DNA of 64,000 nucleotides from Glaucostegus cemiculus (lineage: Eukaryota). The notes beneath the pieces are model-generated. The model was not told the origin of the DNA. It did no database searches and was given only the letters and a program-made list of their open reading frames with translations. Of this stretch, positions 35,060 to 47,497 are shown piece after piece. Location of the stretch: contig CDPCPM010000259.1 in NCBI GenBank assembly GCA_976551045.1, positions 372,001-436,000 on the forward strand. The letters are read 5' to 3'. How positions within the stretch are numbered: position 1 is the first letter of the stretch; each line of letters starts with the position of its first letter. Position numbers and translations under genes: made by a program.

Positions 35060-35364
35060 AGTTTGGCCTTTTGAGTCTATGCCAGCTCTCAGAGCAATCC
35101 CATTCCCCACTTTATTTCCATGTGTCTTATTCTCTCTCACGTGACCATGAACTCCAGCTTGATGATCTTATCATTCACTTACAATCGCAATGATTTACAG
35201 GAGGCAATTTGGTCACTTTGGAATGCAGGATGAAACTGGAGCAACCAGGGGAAATACATAGGGAAAATGTGGAAACTCCACACAGACAGCAGCAGAGATT
35301 GGGATCGAACCCAAGTCTTTAGAGCTGTGAGGAAGTGGGAGTAACTGCTGCACCACTGTGCCAC
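35060..35364 (-). mobile_element. HE1-like V-SINE
   Basis: AAACTCCACACAGACAGC..GGGATCGAACCCAAG..CTGCTGCACCACTGTGCC (reverse box B and box A). Confidence 0.8.
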
Positions 35365-35384
35365 TTGTTGTGAGGCAAATACCT

Positions 35385-35630
35385 TCTGAAAATTGAAATA
35401 TACTTAATTCACTGACTTCCCCCTTAGTTATCATACTGGTTATATTCTCAAACACCCCTAATACAATGTTTAACTGCAATTTCCCTTCCATAAACTTACA
35501 TTGACCCTGCCTAATCATATTACGATTTTCAATGTGCCCTAATACCACATCCTAAATAATAAATTATAGCAATTTCCTGACTACTAATATCAGACTACTA
35601 ATAACTGGCATACAGTTCTGTTTCCTCTCT
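35385..35630 (-). mobile_element. CR1 ORF2 (RT) fragment
   Basis: Minus ORF HIENRNMIRQGQCKFMEGKLQLNIVLGVFENIT (cf. CR1 IxxSQHGFMKGKSCLTNLLEFFExVT). Confidence 0.75.
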
Positions 35631-37444
35631 CCACCCTCCCTTGCTCTGTTGCATTTCTTTACTCTCCTCCTTACATTTGTTTACAATCTTTTTTTTCCCT
35701 GCTCTACCTTCATTATAACATTACTAATTAACCTATCTCATTACATAATATTATATCTAAACCAGTTAAGCTAGTTCCTCAGCTTTAATACTGGGCAGCT
35801 GTGACACACTCAACACCAGTGCTAAGAACCTGGAAAAGGGTGGTGTGATTCAGAGAGTCAGGAATGAGGTTGGGAGCGGCCAGAGATGATTAGGAATCAT
35901 GGGAGGTGACTGGGAGTGAAAGAGAAATAGTCGGAAGTTGGTAAAGGTTGGAAGAGTGCTGGTGGGAAACAGAATCAGGGGAAGGAAGGCGTAGGTGTGG
36001 TGAGAATAGGTGAGGTGATTAGGACTGGGAGATAGCAATTGGGAAATGGGGAACCAATGTTCTATTCCATTGCCCCAAAGATTTGGGATGAGGTGATCCA
36101 TCAGTATTTCAGCAGCTTCTGTTATGGTCATTTTGCCAGAGGTTGCTTTGCATGGGATTCATGGCATTGTCCTGTTATACAATGATATATGTCAATTGTA
36201 GTCTGTCTTTGTGTGCATGCAATTCTCTAGCCAGTGCCAGGACAGCTAGCAGATATACTTTGGTGTACATCAAAAATTTCAATTAGTAGCTGTAATTTGG
36301 AAGCTACAGTCAGCATTTCATTGCATGGTGCCACTCTTTCATGTGATGATGTGGAATTTTGGATTTGATGTCAGCTTCCAAGAAGATTTCAGAAAGCATC
36401 GCTCAATATGTTTGTCAAATGTTGGGCATGTAAGATGTATTTTCCACCCACAGATAAATACTAAATCAACATTTCAATTTCTCACAAGCAATTCCTTCAA
36501 TCAATGAGATTGTCAATTGCAGAAGCAATTGGACCAGAGTTTCCTGAAATCTGATTAGCCAAATTAGCCAGAAAGTCTTTACCACAACCTAATCCCATAA
36601 ATAAAGCCAACATTTAAATTCTATCTTCATAGTCTTTTCACTCTGATGTCTTTGCTGCCTGACCTGAGAATTTCCATTCCTGTTTATATTTTAGATTTCC
36701 AGCATCTACAATATATTGTTTTAATATATCGTTTTAGTCACCCTATTGGGCTAAAATATTCTAAACATATTCCAATGTTTTCATTTGCTCTGAAGATAAA
36801 TCTTCAGGCTAATTACACACCTTTCTGCTTTTCCTATAGCCCTGAAAATGTATACTTTATATGTCCAGTTTCTTTTTTGGAACTTACTACAGTCACCAGT
36901 TACTCCATAATACCTGACTTCAGAGACCTTACTTTGTGGCTTAGCCTAGGCTGTGTTGGCAGATTGTGCCAGGCATCAACGCCAAGCTGGTTATGATCAG
37001 CTGACTCAATACACACCAGGAACTGGGCAGAAGATCCATCCAAATGGAATGGGAGAGCTTGGGATTAACCTCTCACCTAAGAACAATGCTGCTAGAAGTT
37101 CAGCACTCTGCCTTTAATGTACATAAATGTCCTGGAAATGAATTTATAACCTCTGGACCCTGAATCAATAGAGCTACAAACAGAAGCAGGCCGATGCATT
37201 GAGCTCATCATTAGCCCAGTGATGAGAGAGGTATTACACTAACTGATGTCCTTCATAGGTAAGTGTCATATACATCTCTGTGAGTTAGAAAAATTATCTT
37301 GCAACCTCAAAAATTCCTGAAATTAATGACTTTAGGAGTTAAAAGCCAACCAACTCAGATACTCATGATTAGTGCACCCAAATGACCAGGAGTATTTTCC
37401 TGGTATGAGGCAAACTACTATTGATTAATCTCTGCACCATTAGT

Positions 37445-37825
37445 GTCAAAGAAGATTAAGGATAAATTTAATGGAGGTGTTCAGATCTGTAGTGTACTTT
37501 GATGGAGTAGCTGAAGTACCTTTTCCATCTGCAGGAAGTTCGGTAATCAAAGGGTGTAGATTCAAGGTGATTGTCAACAAGGTCGGAGCATCAGAGAGGT
37601 GACAGGAAATCTAACTGTGTGGATTTATATTGATTTGGTTTCCATTGGTGGTGGAAGGAGATTCAATGGTAACTTTGAAAAGGAAACGGGAAGCATACTT
37701 AAAAATAATTAATTTGCAGGGCTGCAGGGAAAACTAGGGATTGGGAACTAAATGAAGAAAATTTTCAAAGAGCCAGACCCAATGCAATAGCCTGAATGGT
37801 CTTCTTCTGTACTCTATGATTCAAT
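37445..37825 (+). mobile_element. CR1 LINE 3' fragment, old
   Basis: GAAGATTAAGGGATAAATTTAATGGAGGTGTTCA..AACTTTGAAAAGGAA..CTGAATGGTCTTCTTCTGTACTCTATGATTC. Confidence 0.7.
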
Positions 37826-38279
37826 ACTTTTACATTGATGTGCTTGGAGCACGATGCCAGTATATCATCTAACTCTGAATGGAAAGTTGTTCCCTTCATG
37901 TCATTACATGAAATTCGCATCTTGAAGCCAATGTTTCCACCAGATACTATTCAGAATGCTGTGCCAATCTATCCAATGCATTTCCTTTGCTGCTTAACAA
38001 CAGAGTGTGAAGTGGCTGCAATTTGGGACCAAGTGCTACTGTGTTGAAAAGGTACGTTGAAGGGTTCCTTGCCACTGCTCCCAACAGGTGCTTCAAAACA
38101 CTCTGCCAATATGTCAATTGGATGAAAATTAGATACTGTGCCAACAATAGCTAGTCAATGCAATCTGGGATCATTGCCAGTGGGTTTAGTACACACAGTT
38201 CAACACATTGTACCAGGCTGCCCAGCTGATGCATTCCACAGAATGTTGCTAAGTATTAAAGTATCAAAGCTGAGGCTCA

Positions 38280-38430
38280 GGAACTGGATCTCTCACCCTT
38301 GAGAAAGAAGGTTGTGGGTTCAAACCTCATTCTAGAAACTTGAGTACATAATCTAGGTAGGCATTTCATTACAATGCTGAACAGCAATATTCTGGCAGTC
38401 TCTCAGATGAGTTGTTAAAACATAACCCTT
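38280..38430 (+). mobile_element. Deu-domain SINE 5' head
   Basis: AGAAGGTTGTGGGTTCAAACCTCATTCTAGAAACTTGAGTACATAATCTAGG..CAGATGAGTTGTTAAA. Confidence 0.7.
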
Positions 38431-39089
38431 TGGATAAACATAAAGGAATTTTGATAAAATACCAACCTTCCTAAAATGAGACTATTGTCACTTAGCATAG
38501 TTTGGACAATAAAACTGACCACAGTACCATTGGGCTGGGGAGGGAGAATGATCACCATAACACCCAGACTTAAAGGCACTAGCAAAACAAAGGGGAGAAT
38601 GAAGAATTTTTTTTTATGCAACAGATTGGGTATATACAAGGACTTCTTTTTCCTCATTTCTCTCTTCTCAAAGAGAGTAACTTGCCAGAAGCCAGGATGT
38701 AAATCTGGTGCTCTCCAAGGGTGTGTGGTGCAGTTCCTCATGAAGTAATTCAGTCACCGATTCAGCTTTTGGGTGGGATCAGCAGCCATATCCCTGCCTC
38801 AACCCCTTTTCTCCTCATCCATGTCTTTGTACCTCGCAGTTTGACTTCCATGGTTTGTCTCCTGGTTGACTATTATTAGATGATTGAAAGTTATTAAATA
38901 TACTGATTTCACACCCCCTGCCCCTCCCGCCCTCCCTCCCAGCTCCCCCCACCCCCCTCAACCACTGCAGCAGTGGCAGCAGTAAGTTGATATCTCTGGA
39001 TCTTTAGACCAAGATATTGGGTTATTGGTCCAGTAATTTACTGGCTGTACTGCTGTACCCTCTATGTGACTGCAGTAATGGTTGACTCT

Positions 39090-39830
39090 TAATGTCTTAT
39101 AAATAGGAGAGAAAGCCACTGATTATTGTCAACCATCACAATGATCAACTGAGGATGAGCAATGTAAGCACACTTGCCAGTACCTTGCATAGCCTGAGGG
39201 GGTGCCTCCTTTTGCAACTGGGGGAGAGACTGGGTTGGGTACAGTGGATATGGCAAGTGTCCAAAAATAATTTTCAAATAAGCAAAAAGCACAAAGATGA
39301 TATTAACAGTAGATTCATATACATTGCTGATATGTTTGCAGAAAAAATTATGGTATTAAAAATAGATGAGCTATCCAATTCAACTGTAACCATGTTCTGA
39401 TAATGCCTTTAATAACAGCTTTCATCACTGTTATTACTCTGCTTCCAGTGGCTGCTTTGATTATACATTTGCGAAAAAAAGATTTTGTGTAATCCCATGA
39501 GCCAACTTTATATTTTTAAATCTTTCACAGAAGATGATGGAAATCTGCATTTTCCATTTCACTTTTTTATTACAATTATGTCAGATGCAGAATTGACCAT
39601 GGAAGTCGTCTAGCGTGCAGGCAAGGGCAAATACGGATCTATTGAAGTAAGACAATCATACTGGCTCTCAATGCACGATTAATGTCACATTATTATGTCC
39701 TGGTCCAACACTTTTACTCTTCAGCAAATAACCATCAATCACCTGGCTGCTACCAATCTGATGTTTGTCATTGTAACTAAGCACTAATATATGGGGAGCT
39801 ACCTCACTATTGGATGTGACAGGAAGATAT
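39090..39830. promoter_or_regulatory. Candidate conserved non-coding cluster
   Basis: Repeat-free; ATTGTC/ACAAT, TAATGC, TAATCC, GATTAATGTCA and ATCAATCA (Pbx/Hox-like) motifs. Confidence 0.4.
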
Positions 39831-40574
39831 AAATCTGCCTCAAGCCAACTGACTCAGAGTGACCAAGTGTGAATGGTGGGGAAGATGAATCCCAATACCA
39901 AAAGGCTGCAAATATATCAAGACTGGATAAAGACGATTCTGCAAGCTTTGGGATTGCTGTTGTACTTTTTCACTGGATGTCTGTGTGCTGAACAACTCCA
40001 ATATTATAAAATGTCTCAGTGCTGTGCAGAAACAAAACAAAGGCTTGAGCAGCTGCAGCAACAAACGTTTGGTGAGAGGACCAAAGCGTGAAAGGGAAAG
40101 GTTTGAAGAGGTTTTTGCTGGGGAACTTGGGTAGCTCTCAGCTCTGGGAGGGAGTCTCAAATATGCTTTTTTGAACATTTAAAGTACATTTCAATGTAAA
40201 CAAGTGATGTAGACTCTGAGCTACTTCACACAAATGAGCTGCCAACAAGTAACTTTGTTGCCCCTTTACTGCCCCTTTAAATATGGTACCCAATGGTAAA
40301 TATAATGAATAGAATAAAATTCAGTGAATACAAGGAAGTAACTTCCTTTTTAACAATGAGATTTAGGTGTTTACATTCAACATTTACTTCTGTTTAACTC
40401 TTCCCTTATATAGTCAGATACTACCAAAGGGTAAGTTTACTGATCTTCCAGTCCAATAGCTGATGCTCTGCTACACTGTTGTTCGAATTCTCTGATCTGT
40501 TCTCTCTTTGAGCACAGCTCTCTACTGGGAGCTCAGGACAGGTAAATCTACCCTACGATCCCTTCCTTGGGCGA

Positions 40575-40785
40575 GTTCCAGTTCTGTTCATGGAATCCTA
40601 TTCTGAAGGCCAGGTTCCAAATTCATTCATAGACTTGAGTTCAAATCCAGTTCACAGGGTTTGAGTTGCAAGCCCATTCACAGGGTTCAGCTTCCAATCT
40701 CACTTTCAGGCTCTGAGTTCCAATGACATTCACAGGTTTTGAGTTCCAATGGTATTCACAGAGCTCAGGTTCCAATCCCAGTCTT
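40575..40785 (+). repeat. Degenerate ~26-bp minisatellite (about 7-8 units)
   Basis: Units such as AGGGTTTGAGTTGCAAGCCCATTCAC, AGGCTCTGAGTTCCAATGACATTCAC and AGGTTTTGAGTTCCAATGGTATTCAC. Confidence 0.85.
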
Positions 40786-40859
40786 GAATAACATTGAACT
40801 TTGCGCTTATGCAATTTTCAGTTGGGTTACGACACACAGTACTTGATGGGATGCAAGGA

Positions 40860-41075
40860 TTATCAGGATCATTGTGTCATACTTCAGAGGAAGAGGCCAA
40901 TTGCTCATCATGCCTGTGCCAGCTCTTTGAAAGAACTGTCAAATTACTGGCACTTCCCTCAGAGTTTCCCTACAGACCTGCAGTTTTGTCAAAGGATATA
41001 TTCAATTCATTTTAGAAAGTTACAGTTGAACTTGCTTCCCTTCTCCATTCAGGCAGTGCACTCCGGATAGTTACT
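40860..41075 (-). mobile_element. CR1 3' tail, old
   Basis: GAGGCCAATTGCTCATCATGCCTGTGCCAGCTCTTTGAAAGAAC..TTCAGGCAGTGCACTCC. Confidence 0.7.
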
Positions 41076-41169
41076 GCACTTTCCCAGTTGTTTATCAAGC
41101 CAGCATTAAGCACATTGTTCAACCAGCTTCCCACATCTACTGGCCAACTGGGTGTGCTTTCCCTACTTG

Positions 41170-41450
41170 TTCCCAGGATGTGACCATCGCTGAAAAGGCT
41201 GGCATTTATTGTCCATCTCTGGTTTACCTACACTCACTTCAGATGAGTGATTTACTTCAGAAGACAATTAAGAGTCATTGGGATGGGACTGGTGTCACAG
41301 GTAGGCCAGACTGGGTTTGATGTTTCCTTCTGTGAAGGGCATCAATAAACCAACTAGTTTTCAAGACATTTATGTGGTCACTTTTGTAGATTCTGGCTTT
41401 TTTGATTTACAGCTTTTTAAAAACTAAGTTTAAAAGTCACAATCACCTCC
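41170..41450 (-). mobile_element. tRNA-derived SINE (same family as 4185)
   Basis: GCTGGCATTTATTGTCCATC..TTAAGAGTC..GTAGGCCAGACTGGG..TTTCCTTC. Confidence 0.7.
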
Positions 41451-41689
41451 AATCTCCAATCTAACTTACCCCTGTGAGGATGATAATAAGTTTGACTACT
41501 ACATCCACCCTTGATGGAATGGCTCCACACTCAGGCCTTGGCTGTGAAGAATGGGCTTTAGTTTCTTTACAGGCTGTGAGCATTGCTCGTTAGTCAAGAC
41601 TGATCTAACACTTCCAGAAGGAAGGAAAGAGAGCTGGAGAGGAAGGAGAGAAAAAGAATTAAAGGAATATTTGTGCAGAAAAATTAATT

Positions 41690-41930
41690 ATACACACTGT
41701 GTGAAAGAGAAAAGAATTGCTATTAAAGAACTGTTCAGCAGTTAGAGGGTTAAATGCAGTTCTCTGTAACCAAATTAACATTAATTATTTAATTAATTTA
41801 AATCCAATGTTCCGCAGCATGATTGATACCCAGATAGTTTTCAATTAGGCTGGCTTGTTAACAGTTGGAATCCAGTCCTTTATTTCTCCGGTAATTTGTT
41901 CCACGGATTTTCTGACGGCTGCTGTATTCT
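41690..41930. promoter_or_regulatory. Candidate enhancer with a homeodomain-site cluster
   Basis: AAATTAACATTAATTATTTAATTAATTT, TGATTGAT (Pbx/Hox-like) and CAATTAG; retained CpGs. Confidence 0.45.
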
Positions 41931-42839
41931 TTTTCAGGAGCAGATATAAGCCATACGGCCACTCAAGCCTGTTCCAATGTTCAATTTGATCATGGTTCAG
42001 CTATCTTTTTAAGTCCTGTTGCCCTCAATTCCTGGAGGAGGGGGGTAGAATTCCAGATCTCCACTGCCGTTTTCATACACCCTTCCGTGAATGCTGAATA
42101 TTCCCATGACAAGGTAGCTTGCCCAAAGACCCAGTAGTAAAGCTATAGCTGTGGAGCTTTCATCTTTAAGTACACCTGGGCATTGGTACATCAAGCAAAT
42201 TTTGCTGCATTTGGACTGAGTATTGATGAAGATTTTCTTTTTTCTCCTCCTGGCCACCACATTTTTAAGATTGCTGAAAACAGGAAAAATGGTCAGGAAA
42301 AGATATTGAGCAGGCTGTTCCATTCATTGATTTAAACAAAGGGCAAAAATGGGCAGCCTCCCTCTTGGGTCCTGCATCATTCACTGTGCCCAAATAATCT
42401 CATAATCCAGGGGAAGGAATAGAAAAGTCTGCCATTACCATGTGACATGCATGAGTAGGTTTCTGGTTAGCTGAAGGAGAGGGGAAGAGTGATGATGTAA
42501 GAAAAGTTTGTTTTCAGTCTCTGCAATGCAGTGTTTGAGATTTCTGTTTAGGGATTCATTAACAACAAGCGTTTACAGTGAATCCAAAATATTTCACAAC
42601 CAACTGTGAGGACATAGATATCAGTTATGCAGACCTTTTAGAAATGTGTCACTGTATATACCCATTAGTGAACTTCCCTTCTAAGAGATCCATCATTAAT
42701 TCACGCCAGAATAATAGATTTGTTTTCATTATTGATCTGCAGTTGAGTCAATGCAATCACCACTGCTACACAGCAAGATTGAAAAGGCGATTGTATTTCA
42801 ATTATGGAGAAACTGTTTTTTCTTCAAGAATAACAAAAT

Positions 42840-43715
42840 AACAACTTGCACTTATTTAGTGGCTTTAACATAGCAAAATGTTCCCAAGTGCTTAAGAAGC
42901 ATTATCAAGCAAAATTTGACACTGTGCACATTTGAGCTGGTAACCAAAAACTCAGCCAAAGAGAAGACTGCAAAGAATTATATTAAAGAAGGAAAGACAG
43001 TGGGTTTACAGAGGCAATTCCAGAGCTCAAGGCCTTGGTAGTTTAAGGCACTGCCACCATTGGTGGAATGATTAAGCGGAGGGATGGTGAAGGGATCAGA
43101 GGTGTAGAGTGGTGGATGTCTTGGCAAGTTGTAATATTTGGGATGATTATCAAAGTAGGGAGCCTCGAGACCTTTGAGAGATTGTAAAACAATGATGAAG
43201 GTTTTAATCCCCAAAATATACAGAAGATCCTGGAAATCTGAAAGAAACAAACTTAAATGATGGGAATTCTCAGCAGGTCAGGCAGCAACAATGAAGAGAG
43301 GAACAGAGTTAACATCTTATGAAATGTCAATGATATCAGATTGAAGATATCAGAATCAATACAGAAAATTATATTGAAAATCAGTGAGCTGGATAAGGTT
43401 TCAGCAGTGGTGAACTGAGATTGGGCAATGTTGCAGAGGTAGTCTTAAGTGACTGTGCAAAAACCTGTTTGGAGGCTCATCTCGGGGTTCATCATGAAGC
43501 GAAAGTTGTGAGCAGATTTGGTTCAACCTTTTCCATTTGCCAGGTGGAAAAAACAGAGTTTGTGGTGGGGAGTCCAGGCAATGGCCATAATTATCTCAAT
43601 GTTTACTCAGAGGATATTTTTGTTCAACCTGTAGATAATTTAGAAACAGTAGAAGCATCAAAGTTGGTGATGCCAAGGTAGAGCTGGAAGTCATCAGCAT
43701 CTATATGGAAACTGA
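42840..43715 (-). mobile_element. L2 LINE 3' fragment (interrupted at about 43222-43320)
   Basis: CAACTTGCACTTATTTAGTGGCTTTAAC..AAAATTTGACAC..AATTCCAGAGCTCAAGGCC..GTAGAGCTGGAAGTCATCAGCAT (reverse ADDxQLY RT motif). Confidence 0.85.
43222..43320 (-). mobile_element. Penelope-type terminal repeat fragment nested in L2
   Basis: CAGAAGATCCTGGAAATCTGAAA..CTCAGCAGGTCAGGCAGCA..AACAGAGTTAACAT. Confidence 0.7.
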
Positions 43716-43719
43716 GCCA

Positions 43720-44040
43720 AGTGAGCTGGATCCTGATCAGTTGGTCTTAACAGTGACAATACAGCACATAAGCCTAGCTCTTGAAAGGAGGCAAGGGAGA
43801 AAGGTTTGGAGGTTTGTTTTCACAGTCTGGGACTATCCTGAGCTATGAGCAGATTTAGCAGAGGATTGGGGTGCGGTAGTTCTTTATGGAGCCCAGCTGG
43901 GTCTTGCACTGAGTGGCTAAACTTGTTGTCCACCACATGCATTCAAGTCTGTACCTTTTGAACTCAAGGAAGCAGGGCTGTAGGTTGTCCAAGGGGCAGT
44001 GACAGGGCAGAGAGAGTCATTCTTTAAAGAAGGACTAAGA
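43720..44040 (+). mobile_element. Ancient SINE-like dispersed repeat (family X)
   Basis: Degenerate; ends GAGTCATTCTTTAAAGAAGG, complementary to the minus-strand copy ends. Confidence 0.4.
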
Positions 44041-44219
44041 TATTAAGAGTGGAGGTGAGAACTTGGTTGTTTTCAGATCAGTAGTTACAGAATGGTGTGG
44101 TAAATGCAGGGAGAGGACTGTGGTTGGACAGTTAGAATCTTGGAAGTGTGGTTTCAAATGAATTGCAAACATTTTTAGCCTCTGCCGATAATTTCAGGCT
44201 TTTGCCTGCTGGTGGTCCC

Positions 44220-45080
44220 TAGGGAGAAGCATTGACCACAAGATTCTTTTGTCATTTCGCAAGAGGTAACATATCAACATCATCGGAAGAATAAATGGAT
44301 GTAAAAAGTGCAGATAAACAGAGACATTCTGTCTTGCCAATCTTTAACCCATTCAGTCCTCAATAGTGAACGATGCACAAAGCTGCTTAAGATCAGGTCA
44401 AAAGAAATCTAGGCTAATGGGATACAAAACCTCTCTCTTCTACTTGTACCACCTCATTTCAAAACAATTTGGGAGTTTCCACTTAATTTTATTGGCCTGT
44501 GGTCAAAGCATAAAGGATTCCAGACCTTGTAAGTCAGAAGATTGTGTATTCATGTTTGATCCTAACATGCATTGGCAAATGCTGAAAAAGTGTATTAAAT
44601 TCTCTGATTGACATTTTTCACTTTGAATATAAAAATCACCCAGAATTTCAGATTCTTCCTCTGCACTAGAACTTGCTTCCTAAATCCCTTTGGATACATG
44701 TCATCCGCCTTAAAAAAAACTTCAAAAGACTTTGATCTTATTTTTGGTTGCCTCCCCAGTTCTTCTAAGTTCTCCAAGGTGACAATTAGCCTTCAGCTTG
44801 GGACAATTCAGTCGATTATTAATGTGTGTGTATGTCATATTATTATTGAAGCAATCACTAGTAATAGTATTGGAGATGAGCAATAGTTATTAGGAAGCCG
44901 TAGTTCATCACCACTAGCAAAGGACTGATGATGACATGACATGATCACTCATTAACAGACATTAATCAAACTGCCTGCTGTGAGTAAATGCATCATATGG
45001 TGTGCAAGCCTGGAAGCTCCCACATTTGATATCCAGTTGGATCCTCTCAGCACAGAAGGAATCTGATTTACCACCACACC
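44220..45080. promoter_or_regulatory. Candidate conserved non-coding cluster
   Basis: Repeat-free; TGACAATTAG, GATTATTAATG, CATTAATCAAA and TGATTGAC motifs. Confidence 0.35.
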
Positions 45081-45211
45081 CCAGACAAGTGATGCAATTA
45101 ACTGAATGCTTGACCGCTCTGCAGTGATGTCTGTTGGGTACTGAATCTTTGTTGATGCTCAGGAGGCCGTGATGGCTCTACGGTCAAATAGCCCAGTAAC
45201 ACATTGTCATG

Positions 45212-45370
45212 GGGACACAAGAGACCGCAGATGCTGGAGTCTGGAGCAACAACCAATCTGCTGGAAGATCTGCATCTGTGGGAGGAAGGATGCAGGGTTT
45301 CGACCTGAAACTTCGACAATTCCTTTCCTCCCACAGATGCTGCTTGACTAGCAGATTGTTTGTTGCAACA
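45212..45370. mobile_element. Penelope-type palindromic element
   Basis: Arms GCAACAACCAATCTGCT..GCATCTGTGGGAGGAAGG and CCTTTCCTCCCACAGATGC..AGCAGATTGTTTGTTGC around a partial hammerhead-like GATGCAGGGTTTCGACCTGAAAC. Confidence 0.8.
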
Positions 45371-46419
45371 CATTGCCAAGGCTTGGAGGTGAAGAACATC
45401 TGTGTGGAGACAGGAGGCGATGTGCTAGCTCTCGTCTCCCTCAGCATCTTGAGGAGAGGTGGGGAGAAACCAAGAACAAAAGGGCAATTTAACAGCTCAA
45501 TATAACTGAATTAAGAAACAAAATTCCCTGTTCCAACCTGATGATTTTGAGGTAGTTATTGATGAGCCAGCTCTCCTGTCCTTTGAGAAATTACTGCATT
45601 TTCCAAATTCACAGCAGGAAAACCTTCAGAAAGCCATATCCCCTCCCCTATGTTAGCAGCCATACCAACATTCCAAATCCAGAATTTTCTTTCCCAACAA
45701 TATTGCGTCTCTCCTTCCACTTCTGCATAAATACATAAATAAAAATGTTTTTTCAATAGCCATCACAGAGTGGCAATTCACAACTATTTATATTCAAGCC
45801 AGAGTGCTGACTTATTAATAATTAATAGGAAATCAAAGCATTTGGGGACCACGACAACATTATTTATTTACTTTGTTTTTCTGCAGATCGTTGACATGAA
45901 AGAGGTGCTCATAAAGTTAAAAGATTTGGACTCTGCTGGTAACAAAACCCTGTAAAGAAGTCTTCTGAGCACGGCTCCAGTAGGTAAGTGCCCAGAAGGG
46001 TGAAGAGGACTCTAGCTTAGTGTGAGTAGGCAGCCTACCACCAACACAGCTTAACTGGAGGCAAAGATTCCTAGACAGAAGCACGTCAGTTTACATTTAA
46101 TTTATTGTAGGATATTCCTAACTACCTCCAGACCCAGACAGATAATGGTTTAACAGGCATTCTGGTTTGACTTAAGTCCTTGCTAGTATATCTATGGATC
46201 AGATTTCATAGTCAATGAGTAAAATGCTTAAGCTCATTCCTGCCCAGTAAGAGGACACTATATCACCAGAAGCATTTCCAGATGTTGAGGGCACTGTGGA
46301 AACACAAGCAGGATATTGTTGCAGTAGCACATTGCCATCTGCTGTTGGACTGGGACCTTAAAAACAGTTCTGGATGTAGCGATGATACAGACGTTCTTGC
46401 TAAAGTGCAGGGCTCCATC

Positions 46420-46570
46420 AAAACTGAAAATACTTCTCCGGTCATTGGTCTGCATTAATTGTGGGAACTTGCCTTGTGAAAATTGGGTGGTGTGTTTCCT
46501 GCATTACAACAGTGGCTACATTTAAAAATGTCATCAGTTGCAAAGTGCTTTGGGACATGCTGGGGTCCCA
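46420..46570 (+). mobile_element. Deu-domain SINE 3' part
   Basis: TTGTGGGAACTTGCC..GTGTTTCCTGCATTACAACAGTGGCTACA..GTGCTTTGGGACAT. Confidence 0.75.
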
Positions 46571-46774
46571 AGAAAGGGGAGAAATGAAAGATCCATAGTT
46601 AGCTTAGGTAAGATAATGAATTCAGATTACAACACAGTGATGTCCATGGAGAAGAAGAAATCACTAGATAGTTTATTGTTGGCAAAAGAGAAGAATTCAA
46701 AGGGACCCAGATGGCAGCAATATTGATAGAGAGGAAAGAAAGGTAGAAATATTACAAGGTACATTGCAGTAATT

Positions 46775-47078
46775 TACCCAGGCTACACCTTCCAAACTCA
46801 CGATCACCACAAGCAAGAAGGACAAGGGCAAAGATGCACTGGAACACGCCCAGCCACTTTCCCTTCAACCCACGCACTGTCATTACTTGAAATATATCGT
46901 TGGTCTGTCATCATCACTGGGTCTTAATCATGGAACTCCCTACTCAACAGCACTGTGGGAGCACCTTCACCAGAAAACCAGCTTACCACCATCTTCTGGA
47001 GGACCTCTAGGGATGGGCAATAAATGCTGGCCTTGCCAAAGACAACCAGATTCCAAAAAATGAATAAATAAAAAAAAA
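46775..47078 (+). mobile_element. Non-LTR retrotransposon 3' end (family of 5590-6020)
   Basis: AGAAGGACAAGGGC..AACAGCACTGTGGGAGCACC..GGGATGGGCAATAAATGCTGGCCTTGCC..TGAATAAATAAAAAAAAA. Confidence 0.85.
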
Positions 47079-47349
47079 GTCCTGTTAATTGAAGAATGGT
47101 CAGTTCTCAGTTCTGCTTTGCCTGTCTTGCAGCAAAGGTGGTTCTTAGGCTAAAGGATTCGCTGGCAAGAAAGGATTAAACAGATGGTGAGTAGAGGAGG
47201 ATGCAGGATTGACATTGATCTATGGGGAATGGGTGAGTTGGCCAAAGTGGCTTTTCCTGGTCCTAATAAAAAAATGATGTGGCCAAAGGCCCACCCAGCA
47301 GAGGTCAGCAGCTCGGGCAAACCTGACTTCCAACCCTACTTGGATTAAA

Positions 47350-47497
47350 GACCATTAACAAATCACTGTCTGTGGGAGCTTGCTATGTACATGTTGGCAG
47401 CTGTGTTTCCTGTATTACAGCAGTTACTTCATTGTTTGTAAATCTCTTTGGGATATCCCAGGGAAAAGGAAGGTGCTAATGAAATGCAAGTCTTTTT
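47350..47497 (+). mobile_element. Deu-domain SINE 3' part
   Basis: TGTGGGAGCTTGCTATG..CTGTGTTTCC..AAGGTGCT..AAATGCAAGTCTTTTT. Confidence 0.75.

Noticed and set aside
39873-40091. ORF ending ETKQRLEQLQQQTF before a GTGAGA donor-like site
   Set aside because: Poor acceptor, no known homology; likely chance.
40575-40785. CRISPR-like periodic array
   Set aside because: Head-to-tail degenerate units without unique spacers, no cas genes, and vertebrate DNA.
45548-45570. let-7 seed TGAGGTAG (also near 1150, 6576 and 22446)
   Set aside because: The rest of the mature sequence and the hairpin are absent.
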